Below are positions 1-12,928 of a stretch of 64,000 nucleotides of DNA, one piece after another. The DNA is taken from contig JAHLTZ010000061.1 of the NCBI GenBank assembly GCA_025786725.1, positions 1 to 64,000 on the forward strand. The letters run 5' to 3'. The number at the start of each line of letters is the position of its first letter. Positions within the stretch are counted from its first letter, which is position 1. The position numbers were made by a program, and so were the translations under genes. Source of the DNA: Syncephalis fuscata S228. Its lineage: Eukaryota > Fungi > Zoopagomycota. The notes under the pieces are model-generated. The model worked only from the letters and a program-made list of their open reading frames with translations. It ran no database searches and had not been told where the DNA came from.

Positions 1-933
1 ATAATTAAATATAATATAATATACATATTCTGTATTGCTATATAGTTATCAATTTACCTTGCTTCGCTATCAGAAGAGCCTTATAGTGTTATTATAAGGA
101 ACATGAATCGATGGCAATATATAAATATCAATTGTAACACATATGTGCAATATATTAATAATAACATACAAATGTATCAAATCCATTTACCTTGTTTATC
201 TCCATTGACATCACTATTGGTCAGCGTATTTTCACGTAAATATAGCTTCAGCTGGTCCAGCCATACTGAGCCATCCGTTTCCGGTGTGGATTCAACCACA
301 TGATGAGGTGGCCAATTCAATGGATTGTGCTGCAGTTTCAAAATGCGTAACTGTTTCATATCGCCCAAATAACGCGGTAAATGGCGAAGGCGATTATTGG
401 CTACACTTAGAATCTATCACACAATGATTAATTCAACACCTTTGAATAACTAACTAGCTACTTACTTTTAACGACATTAATTGACCAAAGTCATCTGGTA
501 ATGCGCGTAATTTGTTGCGACTCATATCAAGGATTTCTAAATTCGGTAAACTACATAACTATATATCACGATATGAATATCAATATCAACACCAATGATT
601 ATTGATTTATACCACGACTTTGTACTTACAACGACTGGAAACTCGCGAAAAAGATTGCCTTTTAAATTTAAAAACCGTAAATTTGTCAATGCTATCATTT
701 CAGTAGGCAATGAATGAAGTAGATTGTGATGAAGGTCAAGCCTATTAAATTAATGGTGGCCTATTAATATACAACTCTATACTACACTATACTACATCAC
801 AGCCAACTTACCGTTGCAAATGGTCTTGGAATCGCTCGACATCGCTAGGAATCTCCGTAATAAGTTTCTGCGACAAATTCAAGCGACGTGCATTCACTTC
901 CTCATCAATAAACTTGCTTACATCTGCGCCCAT
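1..933 (-). CDS. Leucine-rich-repeat protein, Sog2 (RAM network)-like; 5' part only, runs off the left edge
   Basis: Spliced exons give MGADVSKF...LNLSQKLITEIP / LDLHHNLLHSLP...FLNLKGNLFREFP / LEILDMSRNKLRALP / LSVANNRLRHLP..LKLQHNPLNWPP: tandem LxxLxLxxN repeats ending in NPLxxPP, as in fungal Sog2 N-termini. Confidence 0.7.
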
Positions 934-2054
934 ATTGTAGGTACGATGTAATTAACTACCGCTAGAAACACTACCAGGCACTATATCAATAAGAATGCCC
1001 CACAATCCACTGGCTGCAGTGACTATAGTGGCTGTAGTAGTAGTGATGGTAAAGTAGCCAAGTGATATGCAGTAAGCGTATAGAGAAATAGAAGAAAGAT
1101 GAACTTGTGTTCATCAAGCGTCACACCACAGCCTTCGCACTGTACAGCCACTCGTATTGAGAGAGAGAGAGAGAGAAGTGAGAATAAGAGTGAAGAACAA
1201 TACGACCACCACAAACAACAACAACAACAACAACAACCAGTGTAGATTGTTTACTGACTAGCCAATAAACATCCACTGTAATTTATGTTTTGTGTTTATG
1301 TACTACAAGCAAATAGTAGTAGTTAAGGAAGAAAGAAGGAAATGGCTGGTGAGTATTGTGAATATTGCTACTTTTGTTGTTATTGCTACTTTACGCGGTT
1401 GGTTGGTTAGTAATGTTTGTAAGAAGATGAGGAAGGGAACAGTGTGAAAGCAGTACACTGTTTTGAATAAAAATATAAAGCCGGTTTTCTTTGTTTAGTA
1501 ATAGTTGGTAACAGCGAAAACAATAAACATTAAGACTATGATCAGTATTAGGATTAGTATCGATAATATTGAAGCTATATTAGTAGTAAAAGTAATAGGA
1601 AATAGCGGTCATAGACACCTTATCATAGATTTACTAATAGGAGAGAGAGATAGAGATAGATAAAGAAGCACGAGATGATAATCTATAGGTGTGATATGAT
1701 CATTGATGAGACACACACATATATACGATGTTACTATTCATTACTATATTATGATGTATGGATGAAGTGTAGATTGACTAGTATGACATTCTATAGAAGT
1801 TATTAGTATTGTGTTATTATTAACCACGTGTAATTAGTGGATAAATCTCCTGCATGAATATAGACATTGATTGAATGTGACAATGTATATTTTATTAGAA
1901 ATAGTGAAGTATATTTTAATAAAATATGGCTGTAAAACACCATTTCTTTCATTCTCATATTCTCTTTTACCACTACCACCATTAACTACTAGTACTTACA
2001 ACTTACTTTTGTGTTGTTGTTCTATCTATTATCGGTAGTATTTAGTGTGTTGTC

Positions 2055-2829
2055 ATGACACTAAAGACATTTCACGTGGTGGTGGCGTGTTCGTTAGATA
2101 ATGGTATTGGGGTGGGCCATAATCTACCTTGGCGATTACCGCGCGATATGGCGCATTTCCATAGAGTGAGTACGGAGTTGCCTCAAGGCGAGTATCCCTC
2201 GCACTATCGTAACGCCGCCATTATGGGCCGCGAAACTTACTCGGGCCTCCCTGAAAAGTTGAGACCCCTTGCCGGCCGATTAAATGTTGTCCTAACAAGT
2301 AATGACGCGTTCATAAAAACGTAAGCAGCAACAACAGTGGGTGGAGCAATAACGGCATGCCCCATAGGCCTTTGTGCTAACCTATTACTATTTATGTGGA
2401 TTTATTCGATAACAACAACATTTTAGCTTGCCTGATGGTGTTTTGACCGCTAAATCATTGGAGGATGCATTGCAGTTATTGTTACAACAATCAGATGTAG
2501 CGGAAATATTTATTTGTGGTGGAACACGGTTATATGCTGAAGCAGTGGCCCATCCAAGTTGTGAGCGTGCATATATTACGCGTGTTCATACACATGTACC
2601 TCATGCTACGGCTCACTTTCCCTCACTATTCTCACAAGATCCAGAGACGATTACTGCGGCTGGTTGGAGACGTTGTACACATACGGAATTCCAAGCGGAT
2701 ATGCTGAAGAGACGACAGCTTAACGGGTACGGATAGCACTATCGAGTATGACGAATACCAGAAGGTCTTTTGACCAATGAAAAGAATGGACTAAGCTATG
2801 AATTCCAGTTGTATTCTCGACTGGTTTAG
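2055..2829 (+). CDS. DFR1: Dihydrofolate reductase (monofunctional)
   Basis: GIGVGHNLPWRLPRDMAHF, IMGRETY, RPLAGRLNVVL, IFICGG, C-terminal PEG...NGLSYEFQLY. Intron 2321-2426. In-frame stops at 2734 and 2749 disappear if three single bases are restored in homopolymers (giving DMAEETTALTGTDSTIEYDEIPEG). Confidence 0.93.
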
Positions 2830-2860
2830 TGGTTTATAAGATGTGAAATAAAGCGTTTGT

Positions 2861-4810
2861 TTATTTGGTGTTATTACTGGAATGATCATTTTCAACCAAT
2901 GCTCGTAGTCGAGCACGCCAATCATCTACACCATGATAAGAGCCACATAGTTGTCGTTTACCCACAAATGTGTTGCGGCCATGAAGTACACGCCAATTAT
3001 CAAAGCAAACAACTAGACCGGGAGGAGGGCTAGCTCAAGTATATTCGATGGATCACGTATAATCGACTGCCATGACCGTAAAGCGCGATAATAATCGTGG
3101 GTCTCATTAATGCCTAGTGTTAATGGTGCACGGTCCTCGTTATTGTAGCGAATTGGAACAATCTACCAAAGGGTGATAGACTATTTGCATTATGGGTAGT
3201 TATTGGTTGTCCCTCCACGGATAAATGATTTAATATTGGATAGCTATGGATGGGCTGTATAATTAAATGGTCACTGGCACAGGTAGTGGCATTGGTTCTA
3301 ATGGTGGATAGAATGCGATAAGCATCCGGATCTTGTTGTTTTAATAGATTGGCCGCATGGAATCCATCAAGAAAAGTAGATTCACCTCCTCGTTCGGCTT
3401 GGTGTAACATATGGAACACTTGAAGTCTAATATTGGCTTATTAGATGGGTGTTTATCAAGTAAATGCTAACATACCCGGCTGGTTCAGTAAATAAGTGTT
3501 ATCTGTATGGAGATCAAGGGGCTTTGCTGTATAAGCCATATCATTGAATGACATATCGATGTTAATTCCCAAAATCCACCTAGAATAAGGTTAGTTGCTA
3601 TTAATTGTGCACGGCTAGTTTACCGAAATGCGTATGTCGAACATGACTAATACGCGTTACTAGCTTTTCAGTGTCTTTTGAATTGACTGGTACACCTTCT
3701 ACAAATCCAATACCATAACGTTCCTAATAAAGCTTTCATTAGTTGGATACACTATTGCTATAGTGGTTACTTGCAATGTTTTGTAACCATTGTTTTACAC
3801 CTTCTTCAGTATGCATCACCTATAGTAGTAAATGCATTATTTATTATATGTATTTAAAAGAATAGACCACCTACATCATTATACGATACAGTGGGTAATG
3901 ATCGCGCCAATTGAGCATCCCATAGACTAAGTTTAGGCGTAGTTTCATTTTTGTACGCTTCTGGTGTATGTCGATGTAGCCAGTCGAGTGAATAATTTGT
4001 ACAATGTCCATCTGGCCCTATTAGTTATTTAATATAATTATATTAATGTTAATGTGATTTAATTTATAGGTTTACAAACATGTTAATTGAAGTTGGTTAT
4101 TACAAATCTCAACTGTTTTCGGTTGAATATCCAAAGGAATCTGGTCAATAGTGTAAATTATACTAATCATTGAGTAATAAGTGTACACTTACCTCAAATG
4201 TATTCAAAGATCTTTGTTTTGTGCCAGGATATTGACATGCTGAACAGTTGCAATGGTCACGTAGCCACATATGTGAACTATCAATGATTTAATAAAAATG
4301 TAGATTTACTTATAAATATAACTTACAACACATTAGTAGATCCTTGTTGCCAGTCAAGTGTCACACCAGTTGTGTTAACATTAGCTAAAGTGGCATTATT
4401 TTTGATATCTTTATGAATTGGCGTAACATCGTTATTGCTTTTACTGTTGTACTCTGTTGATGCATTACTATGACAAGCAGTCGATGATGTTGCCAATAAA
4501 GCACGTCCCTAATATTGATTAATTATTAATACTATTTTAATTAGTCTTTATTTACCTGTAAAGTATTTAGATTAAAACAGAATGGCTTTAATACACTTTG
4601 ACTACTTTTTATTGTAGTATTGGCTATATTACGACTAAATAATAATAATAATAATAAATAATTCTAAGCTACTTATTTCCCTTTGACTTACTTGTAATGA
4701 ATGGCTCGATAAAAAGTAAAGGCCGCTTTTTGAGCAGCTATTGTACATAGTCGACCGTTTTGTGGAACACTGGCTCGTGTTAACGAAATGCAACTAGTAA
4801 AAAGTGACAT
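2861..4810 (-). CDS. Trimethyllysine dioxygenase / gamma-butyrobetaine hydroxylase family (Fe/2OG, carnitine synthesis), probably mitochondrial
   Basis: WLRDHCNCSAC, HTDNTY, GGESTFLDGF, IRYNNEDRAP, FDNWRVLHGR..F.GKRQLCGSY; basic/Ser-rich N-terminus; multi-exon; two homopolymer frameshifts near 3155 and 3025. Confidence 0.88.
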
Positions 4811-5350
4811 ATTATTGAGCGGAATTCCTTGTGATAACTTGTTTTGATAATAGCTATGAATAAAAAAGTAATTCCATATAGAAAGAAGCACTAGTAAGAA
4901 AAGGGACTAGAAGGAGTTGAAGCACAAGTGTCAGGTTTATTGTACTGCTACTATAACTAGTAGTAGCATGTCCGGTTTGGCGTTCTACACCACTTTGAAT
5001 GGAAATTATACATGGTAACACAGTAACTATTATGACAGGTTGTCCAAATCCTATATATGATACAATGATACGATAATATATGGTAAACCATTGAATAAAT
5101 AGCTGTATAATAGTGAGCACATCCATGCTCGTATACAGATGCATTACATTAAGATTCTATGTTATTTAATTAAATACCATATGACGATGATGAAGTATGA
5201 TTTCATGTTTGAGTTAAACTAGAAAAATGAATAATAAAAATTAGTAATATCTTTCCTAGTGAATGTGGCTATACATTCTTCTAGTTATTATTTTTATTGT
5301 TATCTCATTAACACTACTAGTGACACAGTTTAGCACTATTTCGACAGAGT

Positions 5351-6016
5351 ATGTCACGTTTAACGGGATCGAGCTCTAATGCTCATCATAACTCGGTACA
5401 GACACGAGAGATGATGGCCAATAGAGCGGATTCCACAACTGTTACTACAACAGCTCTTATTCCACCTAGTGGTGTATTGCGTCTATCGGGTGAAGCAGTG
5501 CCAGAGGCTGCCGTCGCAGCTGATGGGGAAATAGCCAGTGAAGCAGATACAAATACCACTGAACGTCGTAGAATACGTTGGGATGATTCAGTGGTAGATA
5601 ACGAGAATTTGAATCGTCAAAAATCAAAAAGTAAGCTATAAACCACCACCGTTTTTATGAACAACCTAGACTAATACGTTACGGTAATAGTTTGTTGTAT
5701 ATTTAAAAAGCGGCGCCAATTTGACGAATCCTCTAGCGATGAATCCTCTTCCTCTTCCTCCTGTTGCTCCTCTTCTGATGAAGGGTCAAGTAAACAAAGA
5801 ACTTCACGGCGTAGACGACACCGCCATCGATCGAATAGATCACCAAGCCCAAATGCCTATGAAAAGGCACCTCGCTACCATAAGAAGCCTTCTGCGGCAT
5901 CCACACCAAAGGATGATTTAGATAATCATCAGAATAGCACACCAACAATAGCAAGTAGTAGCAATAGCAATAACAACGATAAGCATCACTGTCATGAACA
6001 TAACCATGATGTTTAA
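5351..6016 (+). CDS. YPI1: Protein phosphatase 1 inhibitor-3 (Ypi1/PPP1R11)
   Basis: RIRWDDSVVDNENLNRQKSK|ICCIFKK..FDESSSDES..SPSPNAYEKAP; intron 5631-5690. Confidence 0.9.
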
Positions 6017-6110
6017 TATAACTATGGAATATATAAAAATTTGACATTATAGTATTTCTATTGTTTAAATGATAATGGCTATTATGATGCCGACAACAAA
6101 GCTTATTTAT

Positions 6111-7687
6111 TTACTCTTCCATTTGATCGGCGTTATTTGGTGCTGGATCAGCCTGCATCTCTTCTTCAACTTCAGAGGCACGTTGACGAGCACACGTCTC
6201 AATGGCTTGAAGGAATGCTTCTACGCCTATAGTGTTATAATTATAGTGAGATGAGTAATGCAGAATAAATGGTTAGTGATACAACTTACCATTACCAGCA
6301 GAAGGTGGTAGGCCTATACAGTTGTATTTGATATCATTATTAATAAACTACAGTGATTTAGCCAATAGTTACTAACCTAATTCTTGTACTAATGGTCCAA
6401 GTTGGCCTGTGTTTAATGCCTCACTAAGTGATGCCAATGACTAGATTGTACATTAATTTAAATGTATCTTAAAATACAGGCAACTTACTTGACGGAATTG
6501 TGGGCTGGCTACCACTTCCTTTACTTCATCGGCTGTTTGAGGCGCACCCTCTGGTAAATGAGGAAATACCGCTATGATGATTGTTATATAAGTATACTAA
6601 TAAATATTCATTACAATTAATAATAATAAATACCTGAACATAGATCGGAATCATTAAGAAGTGGTTGAATATTTTTAACAGTAAGCACATCACCGAGTGA
6701 TAGAGCTGCATTAGATGTTTGGCCTTCTATTAGCAATTGTAATTATTAGTACCAATATGTATTTATGTGTATTTGTGTATGTACTCGTGGTTAAATATGG
6801 CACATCTTAACTTACCATTACCTTCTGGCACAGTAATATTAGCCAGTAACTCGCGAAGATTATTCAATTGGTTCGTTTGTAGATTGATCTCTCCTCCAGC
6901 AGAAGCAGGTGTAGGAGCTGTGGCACTTAATAAAGGTTCATGGTGCTCTCCAGCATCTTCTTCGTCGATACTGATGACCGCACATTAGTATATAAATAAT
7001 GATTTAATGTATTTAAGCACACTTACTTGTAATCCATTGAGCTATTAAGCATTTGCATTAAGGCGTCGCGATCTTCCATCATATCTAGAACCAATATCGT
7101 AGATTATTATTATTATTATTAGTTTATTTATACTTTAATAAATACTATAGAATATACATACCGGCTGCATCAGGATTAGCAATAATGTCGTTCAAGCGTT
7201 GGCAAAGTACTTCGTCGCGTTCTTCATCCGCGTGTTGCATCCAGAAGAACATTGTATTGCCAGATGACCTGAATTTAAGAGCATAGACGCGACCTGAGCT
7301 TTGCGATACTTTGAAGAACTCGGCATCATCGGCAAAAATAATAAGATCCTATTAGAACAAGCAAGATAAAAATAAAGGAGTCAGTGTGACAGGTTGCATA
7401 ACCAGCCATTTAAACTACTTACCTCAGTAATACTATTGGTATCGCGATTTTTCCAGTAGAAATGCAATAAACCATCGGGCTAAGTGTGTAGCAATACAAA
7501 TAGACACGATCAATAAGTGGATGTGTTTTTCTAAACGTGCACAGCTACATACCTTGTCCAAATAGATGAGTCCTCTAGCTTCATCAGGTCGTACCCAATT
7601 TGTATTGCCATCTCGGAAAAGACGGCCTGCTTTAAACTCAAGAAGAGGTCCTTGGTTCATTGGCAAGAATTCTGGAAACAAAGACAT
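6111..7687 (-). CDS. RPN13: Proteasome ubiquitin receptor Rpn13/ADRM1
   Basis: LLEFKAGRL...VRPDEARGLIYL, LIIFADDAEF, SGRVYALKFRSS..MFFWMQ (Pru domain), and a C-terminal SPQFRQ...AFLQAI region. Confidence 0.9.
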
Positions 7688-7845
7688 TTATGTAAAATAT
7701 TGAATATAGATGTTCAAATAATAAAGAGTCAAATTGAAGCTAGAAAGTTGGCAATAAGTGATAAAGATAGTAAAGCAAAACAATAATGTGTATTGCGTCA
7801 TTTATTTATTCAAATACATTTACAATATCCCAGTGTCAATCACTA

Positions 7846-8530
7846 TCGTAGATTTATTATTCAGTACGCATATATCCAGTGCACATATATCATTCCCATT
7901 CTGTCCCATACTACTATATATTATTCTATGATATACTGAATACATTCTATTGTTTATATATTTCAATAAACTTTGTTTAGTTCACTCATTACGTTATATG
8001 CGCTATAACTTTGACATTGTTTTGTATAACTTTCTACATACATTTGCTATTTATGTATCATTTTATGTTTTTTACCTTGCTTTATTATTAATAAATTATA
8101 ATTCGTTTTGCCTATTGAACTTTTTAGACTATTTATATCTAAAGTCTATAACAAATAAAAATTAATATAAATAAAATAATATATGATGGTATGAAATAAT
8201 ATGGGAATGCTATAGGTAAATGGTGGATATATGCATACTGGATAACGAATCTATGATGACGAGTATTTGATGACTGATGTCACTCACCACCCATCATCAT
8301 GTTCAATAGATTGGTTGTTATTGAATATTAGTCATTTGACCACCAAAAAGCAATAAATGTAATGATGTGATGATTAAATAAAACTCACCACTTGTCCCCA
8401 TGTTCAATAGATTGAAATTTTAGTTCAACTACGCGAATGTTATCAAATATAGTCATTGACCCCCAAATCATATTAAATTATTAATAAACTGTTAAATGTT
8501 AGTGTAATAGCATGTATTATTAACACATTG
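7846..8530. repeat. Degenerate dispersed repeat; ~100-bp inverted arms (7846-7945 / 8165-8257) followed by two tandem subunits
   Basis: 7846-7945 reverse-complements 8165-8257 imperfectly; subunit core CTCACCA..CATGTTCAATAGATT at ~8283 and ~8384; homologous to 12555-12928. Confidence 0.65.
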
Positions 8531-8703
8531 TTTAGCTGGGCAATAAATGCAATAAATTGATCATATGATTATGATACTAAAATATCTAGAGTAGTAGTAA
8601 AATTAAACAATTTATTAAAACAAATAGAGTTGTTAAACTAATATACAAACTACGCTGAAGTATCTGATTGTTTGTTAATATCTGAATGTATGTATTGCAA
8701 GTA

Positions 8704-10481
8704 TTACTTACTTTTGTGTGTTGTTTTAACTTGTTTTTTTATCTCAAAGGATTCAAACGATCGCAATCGTTTTGTATCCTGTGGGATTAATATATTAGCA
8801 GCCACTTTAGCTGAATCTTCTTTAAGTAAAAGCGCAGCAGATGAATGAGTGGGTGGTGATGCGATAGGTGAATGGATAGATGATGGTGTAGCAGATGAAT
8901 GGGCGGATGGTAATACCACAGGTGAATGAATAAATAAAGGCGTACCAAGTAAATGAATGAATGGTGGTGTAATAGGTGAATTAATGAATGGTGGTGGTGT
9001 AGCAGGTGAATATATAGATGACGGTGCAGTAGGTAAATAAGTAGATTTTGGCGTAGTAGATGGGTTGTTAGATGGTAATGGCACAGGCGAATAAGTGGAT
9101 GATGACTCAGCAGGTGAATGGATTGGCGATGTTGTGAGCCACTCACTTTCTGATGCTTCTTCGATATTACATCGCATTGTTATATCGAAAGTAAGTAGGC
9201 GACATATTAATTTTTTTGCTATAATAAAGTTAGTTTTTGTATTATTTAATACATTGTCACCTACCATTATCACTTAAATCTGGGCGGTCCAAGTTGTTAA
9301 AATCAATATTATCATAGAATATTTTTATGATATACTTGATCATATCCTTATTGTTATAAGGAAATTTACCTAAAACGCGTATTAGGTATTATAATATTAT
9401 ATTTGAGTTGTGCACTTACGTGTGAACAAACAAAATAATGTGACTCCAAGGCTCCAAGCATCCGCCTTTTTGCCATAACCGCTATGACTAAAAGCGAACT
9501 TCTTAATGGCGCCATCAAGTTCTCTATCACGTTTATATACTTGCTGAAGCCAATCAGCACGATGGTTTGTGCATAATAGTACTTCGGGTGCTACATATCC
9601 TGGCGTGCCACAAAAAACAGTTAGTGGCGGATCTGTGGATGAGGTTGTCCGTGCCAAACCAAAATCCGAAAGAACAACTCTAGGATTATCCTCGGCATTC
9701 ATCAGCAGCACATTTTCCAACTAAAAGCAATGTTAATATTTGTTACTAAAACGTCAGTAAATAAAATACTTGCCTTGATGTCTAATAAATAATAAGCAAT
9801 ATAAATTATCATTAGTACAATGTTTAATAGTTAGTGTAATACTTACCGCAATGCACAATGTTGTTTTTATGCATATGCTATTAGAATGTTAGTAATAATC
9901 TATATAATATTAATGTAACTTACCATTACCCCATCAAGTAATTGCCGGAATATGTGTTTACACTTGGCTTCTGGAAGTGGGTGGTGTTTTTGTAAATAAT
10001 TAAACAAGTCACCACCCGGCGCATATTCCAAGAAGAAATACGTAAACTTTTGTGTCTGAACTGCATCCAGCAGTTCAACAACATTTTTATGCCCTTGAAG
10101 GGCTTGCAATACGTTCTTCTCTCGAATAAACGTGTTTACAGTTACTTGAATGTTATTTTTAGTAATTTTTTTCGCTATTTTGGCAGCTACTGAACTACTT
10201 GAACCAAGCGAAATAGCCCGGTAAACACTTCCAAATCCACCACTATATTTTATAGAATCATTCAATTAATTAATGATATTTAACATTTCACATAACTTAC
10301 GCTCCAAGTTCATCGCTCGTTATAATATATTTTTTTGCAATGAGCTATAAATAAGTATACACGTTACTTTTTAATAAACACAAATTACTTATAAAATACT
10401 TACCTTCTCATAATCGGAGCTATTGTCAACCATGTTATTTCCTTTAATGGAAGTAGAAACAGCTGATTGCTTAGAAGCCAT
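8704..10481 (-). CDS. Ser/Thr kinase, CAMK group, Mek1/Chk2-like, no FHA seen, HCD catalytic loop, SP/TP repeat tail
   Basis: GGFGSVY, VAAK, EYAPGGDLF, HC|DIK|LENVLL, RVVLSDFGLAR, CGTPGYVAPEVL, ADAWSLGV; start inferred at MASKQSAV (10481). Confidence 0.85.
8838..9135 (-). repeat. Degenerate 27-30-nt coding tandem repeat (xxHSP/YSP-xTP units)
   Basis: About 10 units such as SIYSPATPP, PFINSPITP, SSIHSPIAS; recurrent GGTGAAT on the + strand. Confidence 0.75.
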
Positions 10482-12554
10482 TTATAAATTTTGATAAGAA
10501 GAATTTTATAAGCAGAAGATTCAATAAACAAGATTGTATAATCAAAGAAGTATTGACATACAGTAGCAAGAAACACGATGATACTTTTTTTCTTTCGTCT
10601 TTGCGCGATAAGCACTTTATTCATTATCATATGGACTAGCTACACTATCCAATGCTATCGCAAAAGTATCATTAGCGTTACACGGCTTCCCACGGTATGA
10701 AATTTAAACTAATTGTTTTACACTAATATACAACAATTGTCTTTACACTTGCTATTGCTTTCAATAATAATTATTTATTTTAAACAATTGGTATATGTGC
10801 TTTAAATTTTTTTACGCTTAATTATATAAATTTTATTCAGATACTCCGATAGAACCTCCGATGCTGACATATCGGGCTTAGTTAAATAAAGACCGACAAA
10901 GGACTTATGCGACGGCGTTTCTTGGCCATAGCGTTTTGTCATTAGGACGTAAAATGCCGCTTTAGGCATAATGTTGGGTTTACTTTCGTTCAGAAGCTAC
11001 AATGCCCCAATGTCTTATCGTCATTATCGTCCGGCTACGGGTATACTAGCGAAATAACCTAATTAAGCCATCAATGATTCACTTTTTGTGTTGGTTTCAG
11101 TTCTTATCAATTGCTCACTTTTACGATTGTTATCGGACGATAATTATTTTCGTTTTATTGATATAGAAATATAAACAATAAACAAATATATTAATTATGC
11201 GCATTATCATATTATTTGTACAGTTGGTTATAAACAACATAAGTAAATTGGATTTTACCGCTGTTATGCGTAAATATCAGTACCCATCCATTAAGCTTAA
11301 TCAACTAAATCGTGTAACGCGAATCCTTCCCACCAGTTTCAGTCTCCCCACATAAGCTGGCTTTACTACTTATCCCCGAACCAAGCATTACGTTTTTATC
11401 TTTTCTTGCCATTATCTATTACTCAGTACACTTTATGCTTGTTAAATGTTTGATAGCTACAAAACTATTGCTAATTACTGTTTTGCATACCTAAGCTAAG
11501 TAAACGAATTTGTGTGGGCAGTACTGTTGTGTCTTTTGGCTGTGTGGCTTGATAGCATCTTCGACATATAGTTGGCTAAAACTATATAATATTGTGGTAT
11601 AATTCCAATATGCTACATAAGGTGTTTCAATATTACATGGTTAATTGGCTATACTGATTAGTAAATATGGGCGTTTACCATGTGCTTGCTTGTGATGATT
11701 ACATTAGTATAGTTATTTGGTTGTTGAGACAGCATAAAGTCTGTGTTTGAAGATATTGTTAAGCCACTGCTTAACGCTAATTTTAATATTTGACATTTGG
11801 TATTTTGATGACGCAGATTCTATGTTGCTTAGACTGCTGTTGCTAGTTTTACGTTGTATAGAAATGCTAAAGATTGTGTACATATGATGTAAACGTTTGG
11901 CTTTTATGATTACAAAATTATGAGATTAGCAGCTGTAACAGTCTAATCTGTGTAATTATAAAGAAGTTATTGCAGTGATATTTTACCACTGAGATTGCAT
12001 TGTGGTTGCTTTTTTGTGATTATGTATAATAACTGTTCCAAATTCTTTATTTAATATAATCATACAACAAGCATTTTTGCTAAAATTAATTTGCACGTAC
12101 AATTTTACTAATATAACTTTAAATAGAATTATAATTAAGAATTTACATTCCGCAAGAATATGATCATTATACACCGTTTGCTTATTTAATATATATTAGC
12201 ACACACACACACACACATTTATAATAAAATATTAGTAAATTTACCTAGATTCACATATTGCAATTTTATGAAAAGGAATAGTGAATAAAATAAACTCAAT
12301 ATTAACGCGTGAACAAATATACGTTATGAGTGTACTGGATTATGCTAAATAAGTTAAAAATTGTTATAATAAGGCTAGAGCAAAATGAAAAAACAGCTTT
12401 GAATATAGCAAATTCAAGTGAAGCTAGAATGGTATTTATTAGAATGAATATATAGTGAAAGTGTACAAATGGTGTTTTGAAATTACACTATGTATAACAG
12501 TAGATAGAATAATTAGATTTCATTAAGGTATATAATAAAAATATAACTATATAT

Positions 12555-12928
12555 TAAATGTGTCATATAATAATATATAGTGGTGTGAAATGAAATAGAA
12601 ATGATATAGGTGAATAGAATATATGTGCATACTGTATAATAAGTTTACAATGATGAGTATCTAATGGTCGATGTAAACTGCTTCTAGTTTCATGTTTAAT
12701 AAATTGAGTGTTATTAAATATATTCATTTAATCACAAAACAAACAGAATGATTAAGCGATTTGAGCATTGAATAAAACTCACCATCCGTTTCATGTTCAA
12801 TAGAACAAATATCTAGTTCAGTTACACAAATACTGTTATGTTTATTCATTTGTCTCCAAATCACATTAAATAGTTGATAAAATGTTATAAAATAGGTTTA
12901 TGACAACATACATAAATATGTTAATCAC
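12555..12928 (+). repeat. Dispersed repeat copy 2
   Basis: Aligns by eye with 8165-8530 (diverged); 12749-12928 is nearly identical to the reverse complement of 18416-18593. Confidence 0.85.

Noticed and set aside
10400-10630. 76-aa hydrophobic ORF as the N-terminus or signal anchor of kinase 1
   Set aside because: Its frame does not match the downstream splice phase; MASKQSAV at 10481 splices in frame.
10800-11050. GC-richer patch with a 55-codon minus-strand ORF (MPKAAFYV...) or possible ncRNA
   Set aside because: No recognisable protein motif or RNA family signature; too short to support.
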